From: Octopus bimaculoides
Taxonomy: Eukaryota
Direction: 5' to 3'
Assembly (NCBI RefSeq): GCF_001194135.2
Contig: NC_068990.1
Span: forward strand, 39,075,628-39,119,695
Length of the DNA stretch: 44,068 bases
The notes beneath the pieces were generated by a model, which was given only the letters and a program-made list of their open reading frames with translations, did no database searches and was not told the origin of the DNA. A program made the position numbers and the translations under genes. Below, piece after piece: positions 38,525-44,068 of the stretch (positions within the stretch are counted from its first letter, which is position 1; each line of letters opens with the position of its first letter).

Positions 38525-38564
38525 GGCCATGACGAAGGGAACTAGCCCTGAAACTCGAGTCGCC
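38525..38564 (+). ncRNA. Minimal type I hammerhead ribozyme-like motif (unrelated to family H)
   Basis: GGC | C(A)TGACGA | AGGG-AACTAG-CCCT | GAA | ACTCGAGT | C | GCC: stem I GGC/GCC, perfect stem II, 8-nt palindromic stem III, GUC cleavage triplet, one extra A in the core. Confidence 0.65.
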
Positions 38565-39030
38565 TTTATATATTTATATTTATATATTTATATATTTGAT
38601 CCTTTATATTGAACACTCAATATTTCATCTACATTCAATACTTTCTTTCATGGTGCCATCCATTTTTATTTTATTTTATTTTATATTATATATTGTATAT
38701 TATATTATATATTGTATATTCCATATTCTATACCCCACATTGGTTCTGCAGGAATATAAATAAAACATAAAAAACAGACAGTGTTGGAACTCTTTTGAAC
38801 AAAATAATATATATATATATATATATTTATACACATATAAACATGTATGTGTATATATACTGCATAATGCCACATCGACATGATTATAAAACATTTTATG
38901 CATCCGTATATTTATATGTGTACATGTGAATGTGTGTATGTGAGTGCATGGAGTGTATATGTGTGTATGAGTGTGCGTGTGTGCGTGTCTATATGCGTGT
39001 ATGTGTGTGTGCGCGTGTATGTTCGTCTGT

Positions 39031-39063
<33 letters not shown>

Positions 39064-39067
<4 letters not shown>

Positions 39068-39319
39068 GGCGCATGGCTCAGTGGTTAGAGCGTCGAGCTT
39101 ACGATCGTGAGGTTGAGAGTTCGATTCCGGGACCGGGCTGTGTGTTGTGCTCTTGAGCAAGACACTTTATTTCACGTTGCTCCAGTTCACTCAGCTGTAG
39201 AAATGAGTTGCGACGTCACTAGTGCCAAGCTGTATCAGCCTTTGCCTTTCCCTTGGATAACACTGGTAGCGTGGAGAGGGGAGACCGGTATGAACGGGCG
39301 ACTGCTGGCCTTCCGTAAT
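39064..39319 (+). mobile_element. tRNA-derived SINE (family B), 3' end lost in the gap
   Basis: A-box TGGCTCAGTGG (39074-39084), B-box GTTCGATTCC (39119-39128), then CTTGAGCAAGACACTTTAT...CACTCAGCTGTAGAAATGAG resembling the CORE/Meta central domains. Confidence 0.9.
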
Positions 39320-39751
39320 NNNNNNNNNNNNNNNNNNNNNNNNNNNNNNNNNNNNNNNNNNNNNNNNNNNNNNNNNNNNNNNNNNNNNNNNNNNNNNNNN
39401 NNNNNNNNNNNNNNNNNNNNNNNNNNNNNNNNNNNNNNNNNNNNNNNNNNNNNNNNNNNNNNNNNNNNNNNNNNNNNNNNNNNNNNNNNNNNNNNNNNNN
39501 NNNNNNNNNNNNNNNNNNNNNNNNNNNNNNNNNNNNNNNNNNNNNNNNNNNNNNNNNNNNNNNNNNNNNNNNNNNNNNNNNNNNNNNNNNNNNNNNNNNN
39601 NNNNNNNNNNNNNNNNNNNNNNNNNNNNNNNNNNNNNNNNNNNNNNNNNNNNNNNNNNNNNNNNNNNNNNNNNNNNNNNNNNNNNNNNNNNNNNNNNNTA
39701 TATATATATATATATATATATATATGAATAGACATCTATGCATGCACACAT

Positions 39752-39788
<37 letters not shown>

Positions 39789-40469
39789 GGTACATTCTTA
39801 CACAAACACACACAAACAGTGACACACAATTATATCATATGGAAATGTGTGACATTGTGTGCGTTGAACATACGTATATATACAATCTCTGAGAAGGTCA
39901 AACACTGGAAGATATGATCCACGTTTTACACGCAACTGCACACACACACATACAAACACATACACACGAATATATACATGCATATATGTATATATGTGCG
40001 TGAGTGCGAGAGTGTGGGCATGTGAGTGTGTGTGTGTGTGGGGGGGGTGAGTGTTTCGGTAGAAAAACTGTGAGAGAATGAGGAAGAGGTGGAGAGAAAC
40101 AATGAAGTTTAGATAAACAGCATGAAGAAACCTTTGTATGTAACCAGGCTATACTAAGTGATAAGTTAATTATTAATCTGTTATGGCTTTAATCATTATT
40201 GCGCTCCCTGGTGTAGAACCTTATAATAAGGGATAAACCTCTGTAGATAAGGGCGCCATCTGGGATTAGATGTGATATGATTACTTGCCTATTATTCTAT
40301 CAGTTTGCTTGCTGATAAATGCCGTAAATAGTTATCAATGTGTTTCATACGCTAAAGTATCTAGAAATATCCATCCATATTTTATAGCGATGTAAAAACC
40401 TGTTTTATATCTTCAACTGACATGACTAGCATAAATTATTTGGCATGACATTGTGTAAGTGAATATGCT

Positions 40470-40470
40470 G

Positions 40471-40559
<89 letters not shown>

Positions 40560-40621
40560 TATACACATATATACATATATATATATCATAATGTATATAT
40601 ATATATATATATACACACACA

Positions 40622-40652
<31 letters not shown>

Positions 40653-40880
40653 GCATATATATCTATATATGCATATAGATTTACATACACATATATGCAT
40701 GCATGCATATGTATATGTATATATTCATTATACACACACACACAATTATATATATACGAATACAAACATTCACTCTCATACGTGTAGTGAGAAAGACTTG
40801 TGCATAAATATTTATTCTTTTGTTTTTATATACATTCTTAAATACGTCTTCAGATAAATGCATATATACATAGACACACA

Positions 40881-40917
<37 letters not shown>

Positions 40918-41120
40918 TTTATATATGTAAACACACACATATAGATGTATATTTATGCATATAGATATATATATATGTATATGTATACACATTCACTTAC
41001 ACACAAACATATATATACATAAATGCATACAGACGTACATACATACATGCATACATGCATACATGCATATATACATACATACATACATACATACATACAT
41101 ACATACAGACATACATATAT
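40470..41120. repeat. Long (TA)n/(CA)/(CACG)/(TACA) compound microsatellite field
   Basis: Seen directly. Confidence 0.95.
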
Positions 41121-41382
41121 ACATATTCAGTAGCACCCTAAAGGAAATTTATTGAATAATGGAAAAATCAAGCTCCAATTCTATAACTATACTAGAATAA
41201 AGCTCATTAGAGAATGAGATGTCAGTAGAACATATTTATTTTCAATAATGAAATTACAATAATTATTATCTTTATTAATATTATTTTTATTGTAGGCTAG
41301 AAATGATTCAGTGTCCGATATATTTCTTTGCATTGTTTAATATGTTATTGTATATTCTGAGTTCAATTTCAGATGATTATGA

Positions 41383-41588
41383 AGGCTGTGAGCTGGCAGA
41401 ATTGTTAGCACGTCGGAACAAATACCTAGCAGCATTTCACTCGTCTCTACGCTCAAATTCCGTTGAGGCGGAGTTAGACTTTCGTCCTTTCGTGGTAGAT
41501 AAAATAAGTACCAATTGAGCACTGGTGTCGCTATAGTTAACTAGACACCTTAACTAAAACGCCAGGCCTTGTGCCTATAATAGAAAGG

Positions 41589-41632
<44 letters not shown>
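41383..41632 (+). mobile_element. SINE family A copy with (ATT)n tail
   Basis: GAGCTGGCAGAATTGTTAGCACGTCGG...ATAAAATAAGTACCAATTGAGCACTGG...GGCCTTGTGCCTATAATAGAAAGGATTATT. Confidence 0.85.
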
Positions 41633-41633
<1 letters not shown>

Positions 41634-41656
41634 AATTCCGTTATCAAACCTCTGAT

Positions 41657-41783
41657 GGGAGAGAGCTGGCAGATTCATCAACACGCCTATCAAAATACTT
41701 AGTGGCATTTCCGTTCTGTGTTCAAATTCTGCCTTTCATCCTTTGAGATTCGATAGAGTAAATAGCAGTTGAGCACTGGAGTT
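41657..41783 (+). mobile_element. Internally deleted SINE family A copy
   Basis: GAGCTGGCAGA...GTTCAAATTCTGCCTTTCATCCTTT...CAGTTGAGCACTGG. Confidence 0.7.
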
Positions 41784-41939
41784 ATCAAATCATGTATTAT
41801 GTAAGTTACTGATCATGTATTGGGGATTCATTCATTTGATTTGACTCGATTTCGTTTAATTAGGTGTTCTTAAACCAATGTCGTATAAATATGTGCCAGT
41901 GTATCAATGTTGTTTATGCACGTGTTCCTATATCAATGT

Positions 41940-42470
41940 TAGATTCTACACACCATCGAACCCTGTGATGCTAGAGATCCACTAGTGCCACTTTTCTGCC
42001 TCTAAATCAAAAAATAAATTCTCAAAAGTCTCCCATTTGCTTATAATATTTCTGGATTGTATATTATTGGGTTCCGTTAAGACTACATCGCAATTGAGAA
42101 TAGCTTATGATATCACAAATCAATTTGATCTCAAGCGATTATAGTTTGCTTATATAGTTAACCACCACGCTCAGGGAATCCATTAGAAAGGCCATATATT
42201 CTATGACAATAAATCTTAGTCTAGGGCTTTGCTTCCGTTTTTAAGATTTGTCTTTACGATAATGTAAACGAGATCAACTGCGTTTCTTTTGCTACTGGAA
42301 TAGTATTTTGAACACGATATACCTTGGTAGCCTTTGAGATGAAATGTTGATACTATACTCTGTCCATCATAGCTGTTCGTGGTAAGATTTTCCGTACTTG
42401 GTATACCTGCTTGCCCTAGAATCCCGTTTTGGGGAACCATGTTTTCCAAGACATTTTCTACGCACACGCA
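41940..42470 (-). mobile_element. Decayed RTE-clade LINE, 3' end of ORF
   Basis: Across frames: MSWK, VPQNGILGQAGIPSTENL (cf. IPNTEVL.RAGIPSIE), QL*WT (cf. QLRWAGH), RLPRYIVF (cf. RLPKQILY), KTNLK, and a C-terminal GR...GL.HHR remnant. Confidence 0.7.
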
Positions 42471-42480
42471 TAAACAGAAA

Positions 42481-42750
42481 GAGAAGGAGAGAGAGAGAGA
42501 GAGAGAGAGAGTGAGAGAGAGAGTGAGAGAGAGAGAGTGAGAGTGAGAGAGAGAGAGTGAGTGAGAGAGAGAGTGAGAGAGAGAGTGACAGAGAGAGAGT
42601 GACAGAGAGAGAGTGAGAGGGAGTGAGTGAGAGAGAGAGAGTGACAGAGAGAGAGTGACAGAGAGAGTGACAGAGAGAGAAAGTGAGAGAGAGAGTGACA
42701 GAGAGAGAGTGACAGAGAGAGAGTGACAGAGAGAGAGTGAGAGAGAGAGT
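42481..42750. repeat. (GA)n-derived minisatellite with GAGAGAGAGT / GAGAGAGAGTGACA units
   Basis: Seen directly. Confidence 0.95.
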
Positions 42751-43374
42751 CACGCACACGCATACACACAGCACAAAAGGATGCACACACATACACACTC
42801 CACTTACCACCACGCACACGGTAAATCTGAATGCATTGCTACAACTAAGTTAAATTTACGGATGAATTAAAGAGATTTCTCCACATAATGGTTAACATTT
42901 TGTTCTCTATCCATTTCACATCTTTGCTCAGTTACACATTCTTAAAGGTAGTGCTCAGTCAGACGTTCATACAGATATGATCTCTGCTACCACTATTTAT
43001 ATGTATGTTGTCATTCTTGTAATCTCAACTGTGCAACCATAACACTTTTAGTGTGGATTATTTTATACATTCTATGAAAATTGCCTAAAGATGGAACGTC
43101 AGGAATTCGTTGAAAAATATCCGCCTTCCTATGAACAAGACGAATTAATCAACTTCTCAGTAAAACAGAGGAAGTCATAAGATGCTAAAATAAAAATGAA
43201 GAATGAAAAATTGTGAGAGATGTATTAACTGAACGTAACGCAGTTTCTACCATCAAACAAAGAGTCGCCTGTGTCTGAAGATCGCTTAAAGGCAAGAAAC
43301 ACAGAGCAATAAGATCTAAAGTGACCAGGAATAAAATATATGATATGCATCCATCCCCACCCACACATATGCAT

Positions 43375-43446
<72 letters not shown>

Positions 43447-44068
43447 ATGTATGTTTGTATGTATGTACGTATATGCATGTGCATCTGTGTTTGTATGTGT
43501 AATATTCTAGTAAGTTAAAAGAAGAAAAGATATCATGTAAAAAATTGCAGAAGGTCAGTATATTAAAAACCGTATACTAAATATATATTTAGGCGGTTGA
43601 AGTGGACGACACCTTTTGCTTACAATATTTTCTTCCATATTCTGGCAACATGGAAGGTCATGATCCTGAACTATGGTTACAGAAATGTCTGCATGGAGAA
43701 CTAACTATTGCTATTACTAACAAGCCAATTTGAATCTTACGAAGTATCTTTGTTCCTGTTGTTGTCATTATTTAGCCTGTGGTAGGCCAACAAATAGAAG
43801 ATCTATCACCAAAAAAAAAAAAGACAATTATATATATTGTTTTAGCATATTATTTCGCCGCTGTGAATTTCTATGACGAGAGAGTGCAATCTGACCCTTG
43901 TTTGTGTTTCTTATACTTTTATGGTGATATACTACGATTTAATGAAGATTTGTTTCATTTTACTTTTTGAACACTGGTGACTCCGTAGCGAACCAGTGTA
44001 TAGTAAGGTTATGTTAACAAAAGATGTTATAAATAGAATACACAAACACAAACAAACAACCACACACA

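Noticed and set aside
39064-39135. tRNA gene (also the head at 12880-12946)
   Set aside because: A/B boxes are present but the cloverleaf is imperfect and runs into SINE body sequence; these are SINE heads.
43268-43305. CTGAAGA...GAAAC hammerhead-like spacing
   Set aside because: Stem II is mismatched and no stem III or cleavage triplet can form.
43630-43715. MEGHDPELWLQKC frame resembling a retrotransposon gag motif
   Set aside because: Only 27 codons, no LTR or other gag/pol motifs nearby.

Overview
Eukaryotic, AT-rich, repeat-dominated DNA from a draft short-read scaffold (10 N-gaps, about 2.4 kb in total, 8 of them abutting (TA)n). The microsatellite load and the SINE families look like a coleoid cephalopod, most likely Octopus; this is recognition from memory, not a database hit. 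I cannot support any intact protein-coding gene: nearly all listed ORFs are microsatellite or gap artefacts, and only a few weak candidate exons remain. The window is mainly a transposon graveyard. It holds fossils of four non-LTR clades (L1/Tx1, R4/Dong, Hero, RTE), a decayed mariner, a Tc1/mariner MITE, a Helentron/DINE-1-like element and at least four tRNA-SINE families. The most interesting signal is a set of minimal type I hammerhead ribozyme motifs: four copies in one short dispersed repeat family plus one unrelated copy, all with the architecture of Penelope-like element (PLE) hammerheads. Other notable items are a 332-bp orphan insert between perfect 25-bp direct repeats, a young SINE with a perfect 14-bp TSD, and a single CpG-rich promoter-like patch. 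Fossil boundaries are approximate (tens of bp).
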